Origin: Nitrospirota bacterium
Lineage (GTDB): Bacteria; Nitrospirota; UBA9217
NCBI GenBank assembly: GCA_963840455.1
Contig: CAWIYV010000010.1
Span: 472,348 to 536,347 of the forward strand
Direction: 5' to 3'
DNA: 64,000 nucleotides
The notes under the pieces are model-generated. The model had not been told where the DNA came from and ran no database searches. It saw only the letters and a program-made list of their open reading frames with translations. Each line of letters starts with the position of its first letter. Within the stretch, counting starts at the first letter, position 1. The translations under genes were made by a program, and so were the position numbers. Positions 20,501-31,386 of this stretch are shown here, in pieces.

Positions 20501-23500
20501 GACAGCGGTCTTGGGCAAGGACTACGCCCTTCCGGCCGGCGTCCTGAGCTTCGAGCCCGGAGAGACGAGCAAGACCCTGGTGGTGGACATCAAGGACCAC
20601 GGCATCTACGACGACGACAAGACCCTTGAGATCGCCCTGAAGAACCCGAAGAACGCGGTGCTGGGCGGAAGCCCGGTCCATACCCTGACCATTGTGCACA
20701 CCGCACCCCTGCCGGCAGTGGCATTCCTGCATGCAGGCTCCCGGGGTACGGAGAAGTCCGGTTCCGCGCGTCTTGAGGTGCAGCTCTCTTCGGCGAGCGG
20801 AAAGCCGGTGCGGGTGGAGTACGAAGTGACGGGCGGGACAGCGGAGGCCGGGAAGCAGTATGTTTTGAAGGGGACCAGCCTGACCTTTGCGCCGGGCGAG
20901 ACGGTGAAGGAGATCGAGGTCACGGTAAAGGATGACGGTGTGAACCGTGACGACACGACCGTTGCGGTAAGCCTCAAGAACCCGACGGGCGCGGTGCTGG
21001 GCGAGACGGCAATGCATACCTACACCATCCTGGACAGCAGCCCCGAGCCGGCGGTGACGTTTACCACAGCGAGCCAGCAGGTGAAGGAAAGCGCAGGGAC
21101 AGCGGCCATCGGTGTCGAGCTCTCGGCAATTTCAGGCAGGGACGTGACCGTGCCGCTCCTGGTGAGCGGGACAGCGAAGACACCGTCGAACTACACCATA
21201 ACGCCGGGTCCGGTGGTGATCAAGGCAGGGACGAAGAGCGCGACGGTCCCGGTGCAGGTTGCGGCCAACGGGGTGAACGAGGACGACAAGACCGTGGTGG
21301 TGAGCATGGGAGTGCCGACGCACGGTGTGCAGGGGAAAACGACCACGAGCACGGTGACCATCGTCGACACGGACCCCGTCCCCGCGGTATCGTTTGCGAG
21401 CGCGAGTTCGAGCGGAGAGGAGAAGTCCGGTCCTGCGCGTCTTGAGGTGAAGCTCTCCGCGGCGAGCGGGAAGCCGGTGTGGGTCGAGTACGGGGTGAAG
21501 GGCGGGACAGCGGTCTTGGGCAAGGACTACGCCCTTCCGGCCGGCGTCCTGAGCTTCGAGCCCGGAGAGACGAGCAAGACCCTGGTGGTGGACATCAAGG
21601 ACCACGGCATCTACGACGACGACAAGACCCTTGAGATCACCCTGAAGAACCCGAAGAACGCGGTGCTGGGCGGAAGCCCGGTCCATACCCGGACCATTGT
21701 GCACACCGCACCCCTGCCGGCAGTGGCATTCCTGCATGCAGGCTCCCGGGGTACGGAGAAGTCCGGTTCCGCGCGTCTTGGAGGTGCAGCTCTCTTCGGC
21801 GAGCGGAAAGCCGGTGCGGGTGGAGTACGAAGTGACGGGCGGGACAGCGGAGGCCGGGAAGCAGTACGTTTTGAAGGGGACCAGCCTGACCTTTGCGCCG
21901 GGCGAGACGGTGAAGGAGATCGAGGTCACGGTAAAGGATGACGGTGTGAACCGTGACGACACGACCGTTGCGGTAAGCCTCAAGAACCCGACGGGCGCGG
22001 TGCTGGGCGAGACGGCAATGCATACCTACACCATCCTGGACAGCAGCCCCGAGCCAGCGGTGACGTTTACCACAGCAAGCCAGCAGGTGAAGGAAAGCGC
22101 AGGGACAGCGACCATCGGTGTCGAGCTCTCGGCAATTTCAGGCAGGGACGTGACCGTGCCGCTCCTGGTGAGCGGGACAGCGAAGACACCGGGAAACTTT
22201 ACCATGACTTCGGGCCCGGTGGTGATCAAGGCAGGGACGAAGAGCGCGACGGTCCCGGTGCAGGTTGCGGCCAACGGGGTGAACGAGGACGACAAGACCG
22301 TGGTGGTGAGCATGGGCGTGCCGACGCACGGTGTGCAGGGGAAAACGACCACGAGCACGGTGACCATCGTCGACACGGACCCCGTCCCCGCGGTATCGTT
22401 TGCGAGCGCGAGTTCGAGCGGAGAGGAGAAGTCCGGCCCTGCGCGTCTTGAGGTGAAGCTCTCCGCGGCGAGCGGGAAGCCGGTGACGGTGGAGTACGGG
22501 GTGAAGGGCGGGACAGCGGTCTTGGGCAAGGACTACGCCCTTCCGGCCGGCGTCCTGAGCTTCGAGCCCGGAGAGACGAGCAAGACCCTGGTGGTGGACA
22601 TCAAGGACCACGGCATCTACGACGACGACAAGACCCTTGAGATCACCCTGAAGAACCCGAAGAACGCGGTGCTGGGCAAGACGACCATTCATACTCATAC
22701 CTTGAGCAAAACAAATTCAGCGCCCGCAGCAGTTTCCTCCACGGCCGAGGGCCGGCAGATGAAGGAAACCTCCACTCTTGTGACCATCACTGTTGAGCCT
22801 GCTGCTGATCCGGGAAAGGATGCGATCGTCCCCGCGGTTACGTTTGCGGGCGCGAGTTCGAGCGGAGAGGAGAAGTCCGGCCCTGCGCGTCTTGAGGTGA
22901 AGCTCTCCGCGGCGAGCGGGAAGCCGGTGTGGGTCGAGTACGGGGTGAAGGGCGGGACAGCGGTCTTGGGCAAGGACTACGCCCTTCCGGCCGGCGTCCT
23001 GAGCTTCGAGCCCGGAGAGACGAGCAAGACCCTGGTGGTGGACATCAAGGACCACGGCATCTACGACGACGACAAGACCCTTGAGATCGCCCTGAAGAAC
23101 CCGAAGAACGCGGTGCTGGGCGGAAGCCCGGTCCATACCCTGACCATTGTGCACACCGCACCCCTGCCGGCAGTGGCATTCCTGCATGCAGGCTCCCGGG
23201 GTACGGAGAAGTCCGGTTCCGCGCGTCTTGAGGTGCAGCTCTCTTCGGCGAGCGGAAAGCCGGTGCGGGTGGAGTACGAAGTGACGGGCGGGACAGCGGA
23301 GGCCGGGAAGCAGTATGTTTTGAAGGGGACCAGCCTGACCTTTGCGCCGGGCGAGACGGTGAAGGAGATCGAGGTCACGGTAAAGGATGACGGTGTGAAC
23401 CGTGACGACACGACCGTTGCGGTAAGCCTCAAGAACCCGACGGGCGCGGTGCTGGGCGAGACGGCAATGCATACCTACACCATCCTGGACAGCAGCCCCG

Positions 23501-26500
23501 AGCCGGCGGTGACGTTTACCACAGCGAGCCAGCAGGTGAAGGAAAGCGCAGGGACAGCGGCCATCGGTGTCGAGCTCTCGGCAATTTCAGGCAGGGACGT
23601 GACCGTGCCGCTCCTGGTGAGCGGGACAGCGAAGACACCGGAGAACTACACCATGACGCCGGGTCCGGTGGTGATCAAGGCAGGGACGAAGAGCGCGACG
23701 GTCCCGGTGCAGGTTGCGGCCAACGGGGTGAACGAGGACGACAAGACCGTGGTGGTGAGCATGGGAGTGCCGACGCACGGTGTGCAGGGGAAAACGACCA
23801 CGAGCACGGTGACCATCGTCGACACGGACCCCGTCCCCGCGGTATCGTTTGCGAGCGCGAGTTCGAGCGGAGAGGAGAAGTCCGGTCCTGCGCGTCTTGA
23901 GGTGAAGCTCTCCGCGGCGAGCGGGAAGCCGGTGTGGGTCGAGTACGGGGTGAAGGGCGGGACAGCGGTCTTGGGCAAGGACTACGCCCTTCCGGCCGGC
24001 GTCCTGAGCTTCGAGCCCGGAGAGACGAGCAAGACCCTGGTGGTGGACATCAAGGACCACGGCATCTACGACGACGACAAGACCCTTGAGATCGCCCTGA
24101 AGAACCCGAAGAACGCGGTGCTGGGCGGAAGCCCGGTCCATACCCTGACCATTGTGCACACCGCACCCCTGCCGGCAGTGGCATTCCTGCATGCAGGCTC
24201 CCGGGGTACGGAGAAGTCCGGTTCCGCGCGTCTTGAGGTGCAGCTCTCCGCTCCGAGCGGAAAGCCGGTGCGGGTGGAGTACGAAGTGACGGGCGGGACA
24301 GCGGAGGCCGGGAAGCAGTACGTTTTGAAGGGGACCAGCCTGACCTTTGCGCCGGGCGAGACGGTGAAGGAGATCGAGGTCACGGTAAAGGATGACGGTG
24401 TGAACCGTGACGACACGACCGTTGCGGTAAGCCTCAAGAACCCGACGGGCGCGGTGCTGGGCGAGACGGCAATGCATACCTACACCATCCTGGACAGCAG
24501 CCCCGAGCCAGCGGTGACGTTTACCACAGCAAGCCAGCAGGTGAAGGAAAGCGCAGGGACAGCGGCCATCGGTGTCGAGCTCTCGGCAATTTCAGGCAGG
24601 GACGTGACCGTGCCGCTCCTGGTGAGCGGGACAGCGAAGACACCGTCGAACTACACCATGACGCCGGGTCCGGTGGTGATCAAGGCAGGGACGAAGAGCG
24701 CGACGGTCCCGGTGCAGGTTGCGGCCAACGGGGTGAACGAGGACGACAAGACCGTGGTGGTGAGCATGGGCGTGCCGACGCACGGTGTGCAGGGGAAAAC
24801 GACCACGAGCACGGTGACCATCGTCGACACGGACCCCGTCCCCGCGGTATCGTTTGCGAGCGCGAGTTCGAGCGGAGAGGAGAAGTCCGGTCCTGCGCGT
24901 CTTGAGGTGAAGCTCTCCGCGGCGAGCGGGAAGCCGGTGTGGGTCGAGTACGGGGTGAAGGGCGGGACAGCGGTCTTGGGCAAGGACTACGCCCTTCCGG
25001 CCGGCGTCCTGAGCTTCGAGCCCGGAGAGACGAGCAAGACCCTGGTGGTGGACATCAAGGACCACGGCATCTACGACGACGACAAGACCCTTGAGATCAC
25101 CCTGAAGAACCCGAAGAACGCGGTCCTGGGAAGCACGGCGGTGCATACCCGTACCATCATCGTCAGCGGAGAGTCTGAGCAGACAACGGGCGTTTCCCGC
25201 CCGGTCCAACAGGCAAAGGCGACCACGGGGGCAGCGACCAAGAACGCGACCATGCCGCTCATGATGCTTGCCATGGCAGACATTCCCGGGAACTCCACAA
25301 TTATGCCGGTACTGATTGCAGCCAAAACAGACGAGCGGAGAGTGGGGATTCCCAAGCCTACGGTGGCGTTCCTGTATGCGATCTCCCGCGGCTACGAGAG
25401 GGTAAGTACTGTCCGGATTCCTGTGGCGCTTAACGCGGTAAGCGGCAAGCCGGTAACGGTGGAGTATGCGGTAAGGGGCGGAACAGCGGTTCGAGGTATG
25501 AACTACACTCTGAAGGACGGAGGGCTAACCTTCAAACCCGGAGAGACGGTCAAGACCATTGAGGTCAGTATAAAGGATAACGGTGTGAACGAGCCTGACA
25601 GGACCGTCGAGTTGAGCCTGATGAACCCGAAGAACGCGGTCCTGGGCAACACAGCGGTCCATACCTATACCATCATGGATAACGACCCCGAGCCCGCTGT
25701 TACGTTCACGGTGGCGGGCCAGCAGGTGAAGGAGAGCGCGCGGAGCGTTTCCATCGGGGTGGAGCTTTCTACGGTGTCGGGCTGGGACGTAGCGGTGCCG
25801 TTCCTGGTGACCGGGACTGCGAGGACGCCGGGGAACTACTCCATCGTGCCTAGTCCGCTGGTGATCAAGGAAGGCCAGCGGAGTGCTTCGATCACGGTGC
25901 AGGTTGCTGATAACGGTCTGAACGAGGATGACAAGACCGTAGCGGTGAGCATGGGGGTGCCGACGCACGCGGTGCAGGGAAAGGTCGTCGCGAGCACCGT
26001 GACCATCGTTAACATCGATCCCGAGCCAGCGGTGACGTTCACGATGGCGGGCCAGCAGGTGAAGGAGAACGCGGGGAAGGCGACCATCGGTGTTGAGCTT
26101 TCGGCAGTGTCGGGCAGGGACGTGATCGTGCCGCTTATGGTAAGCGGAACAGCGAAGACACCGGAGAACTTCGCCATGCCTTCGGGCCCGGTGGTGATCA
26201 AGGCAGGGACGAAGAGTGCGACGATCCCGGTGCAGGTGGTGGCCAACGGGGTGAGCGAGGACGACAAGACCGTGGTGGTGAGCATGGGAGTGCCGATACA
26301 CGCGGTGCAGGGGAAAACGACCGCGAACACGGTGACCATTGTCAATACGGATCCTGAGCCCACAGTATCGTTTGCGAGCGCGAGTTCGAGCGGAGAGGAG
26401 AAGTCCGGCCCTGCCCATCTTGAGGTGAAGCTCTCTGCGGCGAGCGGCAGGCCGGTGACGGTGGAGTATGCTGCCTCGGGCGGCACGGCGATACAGGGGA

Positions 26501-27489
26501 AGGACTACGCCCTGCAGGGAGGTCCGCTGACCTTCGCTCCCGGCGAGACGGCCAAGGAGATCCTGGTCGACATCAAGAACCACAATATCTACAGCGAGAG
26601 CAAGACCAAGACCATCGAGGTGGCCCTGAAGAACGCTTCGGGCGCGGTCCTGGGCAGCAGCGCGGTGTTTGCCTACACCATAGTCAACAATCATATGAAG
26701 CCGACGGTCGTAATCCGAACCGCAAACCAGCGCATCAGAAAGAGCGCAGGAAGACTGAACATCACTGTCCAGCTATCAGAAGTTTCCGGAAAAGACGTGA
26801 CGGTACCCTTCACGGTCAGCGGCACAGCGATTCAGGGAAAAGACTTCGCCATTACCCCGAGCCCGGTCGTGATCAGAGCGGGGATGCGGAGTATGGAGAT
26901 CGTGATAACCATGAAGGACAATATCCCGGTCGAAGCTGATAAGACGATCGAAGTGAGGCTGTCGAACCCGGACAACGCATTCCTCGGGTTGACCGGGGTA
27001 TACCGCATAGTCATCGTGAAGGATGCCATTCCCACCATTGCCGTTGTTCCTTTTTTCACCACAAGCACGAAGAAGAATGCCGGCGACATCATGGCGTTAC
27101 AGTTTGTCAAAGAATTAAAGAAACAAGAGGACTTCGTGGTGATCGAGCCGGGTGTAGTCAGGCAGCAGTTTCTGGACATGAGGGTCATCATGTCTGAAGG
27201 GGTTTCATCTGCCGATATCGACCTGATCACCAGCAAAATCGATGCAGACCTGATCCTGGCCGGGCAGGTAATGGATTACCAGGATGACATAGCGTTATAC
27301 GGCAAGCCGAAAGTGGCTTTTTCCGTCATGTTGATCGACAGATCGAGCAAGAAGATCATCTGGGCATCCAGGAGCTCCAATAAGGGAGATGACGCGGTCA
27401 CCCTGTTCGATTGGGGAAGCGTCAATTCGGCCAATGAGATGGTATCGGAGATGGTGCGGGTACTCACAAAGAGGGTGGTAACATGGTGA
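17550..27489 (+). CDS. Giant lipoprotein (~3,310 aa): CsgG/DUF799-like domain, ~25 Calx-beta domains, second CsgG/DUF799-like domain; +1 frameshift at ~21781
   Basis: LTAC lipobox; VAVYPVDN at the N-terminus and IAVVPFFT at the C-terminus; repeats GGTA..GKDY, LTFAPGET.K.I.V.I.D; ORFs 17547-21941 and 21697-27489 join when one G is removed (cttgGaggtg vs cttgaggtg in sister repeats). Confidence 0.85.
18880..25160 (+). repeat. Near-identical intragenic repeats with a 1005-bp (three-domain) period
   Basis: Identical antisense ORFs recur at 20186/21191 and 23646/24651 (offset 1005). Confidence 0.9.
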
Positions 27490-27560
27490 GCAGTTATTGT
27501 AATTTTTTTTGTTCTAGGATATAATGCTCCAATTTCGTGCATATTGTCATGTGACACGCA

Positions 27561-29378
27561 ATGAGAGGTGAAATGATGCTGAAGAAATGGTTCATAACAA
27601 CCGTAGCGCTGATGTTCTTCCTGGTTGCCGCCATGACGGGATTTTCATCAGACCAGAAGCCAGTGACCCCTGCAGAGAAAACGGGCGGAGCGCAGAATCC
27701 GGGGGTATCAGCAGGCGGCATGGTCATTATCGTAAAGGATCCCCGCTCGTCCACGACGGTAACGGTTCCCTTCGATTCCACGGTACACGATGATCTCCCT
27801 GTTGCCGTGGTGAACGATGTGCCGATTACGGTGGATGATCTCAAGAATGCGATCGCCGCTGCCCATGAAGAAGGGCATGAGGGCAAGAAGGAAACGACGA
27901 CTCAGGCGCCCAAAATAGATTTTAATGAACTGCTGCAGCGCATGATCAATGTGGAGCTTGTCATCCAGGAGGCAAAGAGCATCGGTCTCGACGAATTGCC
28001 CGAAGTACAGGATCCTATGGATGTCTTCTCAAGGGTGTCCCTGCGGGGCCTCTTGCGGGAAGATGTCGCGAAAGATATTACGGCAAATGAAGACGAGGTC
28101 GAGAAGGTCTATCGAGGGAACGTGAGGGAAGTGAGGACGAATACGGCTTTTTTCGAAAAGGAAAAGGCTGCGAAGAAGGCCGTTAGAGAGATCAAGGCAG
28201 GAAAAAGCTTTGACGATGTGATCGCAAGGGGGAAAAAGGATGAGACGGTAAAAGGGGCCGACGTAGGGAACTATATAAAATTCAAAGATCTCAACCCGGC
28301 GATAGCAGCAGCTCTTTCAAAAATGAAGGTCGGTTCCGTAAGCCCTGTTACGAAGATCGCAATGTCGGACAACAAAACATACTTTGCCGTCTTCCGGCTG
28401 GACGATGACCGGTTAGCAGAAAGCCCCGAAGCAAAAGAGCAGGCCCGGCAAACAGTTCTCCAGAGCAAGATAGATAAAGCTATGGAGACATTGGGCAATT
28501 CCTTGTACAAAAAATATGTGAAAGCGGATAAGAAGCTGATTGAAAGTCTGGATTACGGACCGCAGGGCGAGGGACTCGAGAAGCTCCTGGAGGACCAACG
28601 GGTCGTGGCCGAGATCGAGGGAGACCAACCCGTTACGGTGGCGCAACTGTCCCAGGCGATGCAGGAAAAGTTCTACCACGGGATGAAGAAGCTGAAAGGG
28701 GAAAAGATGATCAGGACCAAGCATGACGTCCTGGAAAGCCTCGTAAAGAAACGCCTGTTCCTGCTGGAGGCAAAGAGGCGGGGACTTGACAAAACAGCGG
28801 CATACAAAAATATGATGGAGGAGTACGAACGGAATATTTTGTGGAGCGCTTTCATTCAGAAGGTTGTTGTACGGGACGTGAAACTGCGGGATGAGGACAT
28901 GAGAGCCTACTACCATGATCATGCCGGCGATTACCTGTCCGACAAAATGATCAAGATCCGAAGTCTCGCATTCGGGAAAGAGACAGATGCCGTAACAGTG
29001 CTCGAGAAGCTCAGGAAGGGCGCGGATTTTAACTGGACCAAGGCCAATGTCGAAGGCAAGCTGGATGCCGGCACAAAGGACCTCATGACCTTTGATGAAG
29101 AGCTGGTGCCGATCACCACAATGGCCCCGGATGTGCAGAAAGCCCTCTCTGGAGTCAATGCCGGGGATTTCCGGCTGTATGAAAGCCCGCAGGGCCATTT
29201 CTATGTTCTGTACATAATGAACGTGGTGCCTCCTGTGCAGCAGCCGTTCGAGAATGTCCGGGTGGCAATCCGAAACCAAGTGTTCAATGAGAAGCTGGGT
29301 GAAGCAGCGAACGAGTGGATCCGCAAACTGAGAAAATCCGCCGATATCAAGGTTTATCTGGCAGGTCCTGAGAAATAA
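27561..29378 (+). CDS. SurA/PpiC-like periplasmic foldase with two parvulin-like modules
   Basis: Signal peptide; VAVVNDVPIT, EIKAGKSFDDV, MKVGSVSPV, LRKGADF, ESPQGHFYVL, WIRKLRKSADIKV. Confidence 0.75.
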   Translation: MRGEMMLKKWFITTVALMFFLVAAMTGFSSDQKPVTPAEKTGGAQNPGVSAGGMVIIVKDPRSSTTVTVPFDSTVHDDLPVAVVNDVPITVDDLKNAIAAAHEEGHEGKKETTTQAPKIDFNELLQRMINVELVIQEAKSIGLDELPEVQDPMDVFSRVSLRGLLREDVAKDITANEDEVEKVYRGNVREVRTNTAFFEKEKAAKKAVREIKAGKSFDDVIARGKKDETVKGADVGNYIKFKDLNPAIAAALSKMKVGSVSPVTKIAMSDNKTYFAVFRLDDDRLAESPEAKEQARQTVLQSKIDKAMETLGNSLYKKYVKADKKLIESLDYGPQGEGLEKLLEDQRVVAEIEGDQPVTVAQLSQAMQEKFYHGMKKLKGEKMIRTKHDVLESLVKKRLFLLEAKRRGLDKTAAYKNMMEEYERNILWSAFIQKVVVRDVKLRDEDMRAYYHDHAGDYLSDKMIKIRSLAFGKETDAVTVLEKLRKGADFNWTKANVEGKLDAGTKDLMTFDEELVPITTMAPDVQKALSGVNAGDFRLYESPQGHFYVLYIMNVVPPVQQPFENVRVAIRNQVFNEKLGEAANEWIRKLRKSADIKVYLAGPEK

Positions 29379-29406
29379 AAAACCGTGAGATAGTCTGAGG
29401 AGAACC

Positions 29407-31386
29407 ATGCATACCATACACTCAAAACAGAAAATTCTTCACCTTGTACTGTTCCTTCTTCTGGGCGGGGCGGTTTTTCTCGCCGCGACCACCCAGGCGC
29501 TTGCACAGAAGAAATTTGAAAAGAAGGAGTGTCTCGAATGCCATAAAAAATTTGCCGACAAGTATCTTGACATGAAGAATGTGCACCGCGTGGTGAAAGA
29601 GAAAAAATGTGAGGACTGCCATCTCCGGCACGGCAAAGTTCCTACTCTGCTCCTGAAGAAACCCCAGAATGATCTCTGCTATTCGTGCCACCCCAAGGAT
29701 AAAATGGGCCTGGACAAGGCAAAAATGCACACGGCGGTGCGGGCCGGCACGTGTACGAACTGTCATGATCCCCATGCGTCACAGATGCCCCACCTGCTCA
29801 AGCAGGAAGGCGCGGCCCTCTGTTACCAGTGCCACCAGAAGGAGAATTATGAGAAGAAAGTTACGCATAAAACCCTGAAGACCGACGGCTGCAAAGCATG
29901 TCATCTTCCCCACGGCGCCGATTTGGACAACCTGCTCACCAAGGCGGAGCCGGCCCTGTGTCTCGACTGCCACAGCAGCGGTTCATCGTCATTCAAGAAG
30001 GCGCACAACGGGTACCCCGTGGACGGCAAAACCTGCTCACGCTGCCATAACCCCCACGCTTCGTCGGAGCCAAAGCTCCTGAAGGCGAGCGTTCACAACC
30101 CCGTTGCCTCCTCGAGCTGCGATTCGTGCCACAACCCTGCCGGGTCCGAGAAACCCTTTGCTACGGCGCAACAGGGAGGCGACCTCTGTTTCCAGTGCCA
30201 TGACGCGTCGGCGCTGAAGGCCGGAGGCACGGTCGAACATCCTCCGTTCAGTGGCGGGATGTGTCTTTCCTGCCATGATCCGCATTCCTCGGAGAATCCG
30301 AAGCTGGTTGCCGAGAAAGGCAATAAGCTCTGTTTCGGATGCCATCCGGACAAAGAGGCGAAAAAAACCTTTGGCCATGCAGCGGTCTCGAGCGGGAAGG
30401 GGTGCTTGTCCTGTCACGCGCCCCATGCAGCAAAGAACAAGAATCTCCTGATCGCGAAAGAAGGGGAGATCTGCTTCACCTGCCACGCAAAGACCCAGGA
30501 GCTGAAGAAGGCGAAAGACGTCCATACGCCGTTTGCCAAAAATATGTGCAGCTCGTGCCACAATCCGCACGGCTCCGATTTTATTGCTATGACGCGGAAC
30601 CGGATGGACACGATCTGCTATTCGTGTCATACCAATGCCGAAAAGGAGTTTCTGAAAGCCTATACCCATAAGCCCGTAAGCACTGCAGCGTGCTATGTAT
30701 GCCACAATCCCCACGGCTCGAATGAGGGGAAGCTCCTGAAAGTGTCGGCATCGGCCCTCTGTGCGCAATGTCATGGTGAGCTAATGAAAAAGGCAGGCAC
30801 CGGAGGGGCCAATCATCCTCCCTTCCAGGACGAGCAGTGTCTTACCTGCCATGATGCCCATGCGAGCAATATCAGCGGGATGATCGTTGCGAAACAGGAC
30901 GTACTCTGCTTCCAGTGCCATACGAAACTGCAGCAGGAGATGGGGACCGGAAAGAGCAAGCATGCCCCAATGATGACGGGCGAATGCACCCAGTGCCACA
31001 GCCCCCACAAGTCAAAGTTGGCAAAACTCCTCGTAGTGGAAAGTCCCGATCTGTGTTTTACCTGTCATAAGAACATAAAGGAACGCTTGGGGAAGGATAT
31101 AACCCATCCGCCGGCGGCGAGAGATTGCCTGCGGTGCCACCTGCCGCATTTTTCGAAGGACCCTTCGCTGATGGCGCAGCCGTTATCCGCATTATGCGGT
31201 GAATGCCATGACCTGAACGGAAGTTCTTTTGCGAAGGCCCATATCGGCATCAAGGCTGCTGTGATGGATTGCATGAGCTGTCACGATCCGCATGCTTCGA
31301 AGGACCCGAAACTGTTCAAAGCAAACATCCATCCTCCCTTCGCCGCACGATCGTGCGATGATTGCCATATAGGAGAAAAGAAATGA
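29407..31386 (+). CDS. 26-heme periplasmic c-type cytochrome (doubled CxxCH family)
   Basis: Signal peptide; 26 CxxCH counted, with CxxCHxPH...LCxxCH pairs. Confidence 0.92.
   Translation: MHTIHSKQKILHLVLFLLLGGAVFLAATTQALAQKKFEKKECLECHKKFADKYLDMKNVHRVVKEKKCEDCHLRHGKVPTLLLKKPQNDLCYSCHPKDKMGLDKAKMHTAVRAGTCTNCHDPHASQMPHLLKQEGAALCYQCHQKENYEKKVTHKTLKTDGCKACHLPHGADLDNLLTKAEPALCLDCHSSGSSSFKKAHNGYPVDGKTCSRCHNPHASSEPKLLKASVHNPVASSSCDSCHNPAGSEKPFATAQQGGDLCFQCHDASALKAGGTVEHPPFSGGMCLSCHDPHSSENPKLVAEKGNKLCFGCHPDKEAKKTFGHAAVSSGKGCLSCHAPHAAKNKNLLIAKEGEICFTCHAKTQELKKAKDVHTPFAKNMCSSCHNPHGSDFIAMTRNRMDTICYSCHTNAEKEFLKAYTHKPVSTAACYVCHNPHGSNEGKLLKVSASALCAQCHGELMKKAGTGGANHPPFQDEQCLTCHDAHASNISGMIVAKQDVLCFQCHTKLQQEMGTGKSKHAPMMTGECTQCHSPHKSKLAKLLVVESPDLCFTCHKNIKERLGKDITHPPAARDCLRCHLPHFSKDPSLMAQPLSALCGECHDLNGSSFAKAHIGIKAAVMDCMSCHDPHASKDPKLFKANIHPPFAARSCDDCHIGEKK

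Noticed and set aside
21697-21941. Programmed frameshift or two separate genes
   Set aside because: No slippery sequence, the break is mid-domain, and the second ORF lacks a signal peptide.
18880-25160. Long repeats as a CRISPR array or mobile element
   Set aside because: They are in-frame coding repeats with a 1005-bp period; no short repeat-spacer pattern and no cas genes.
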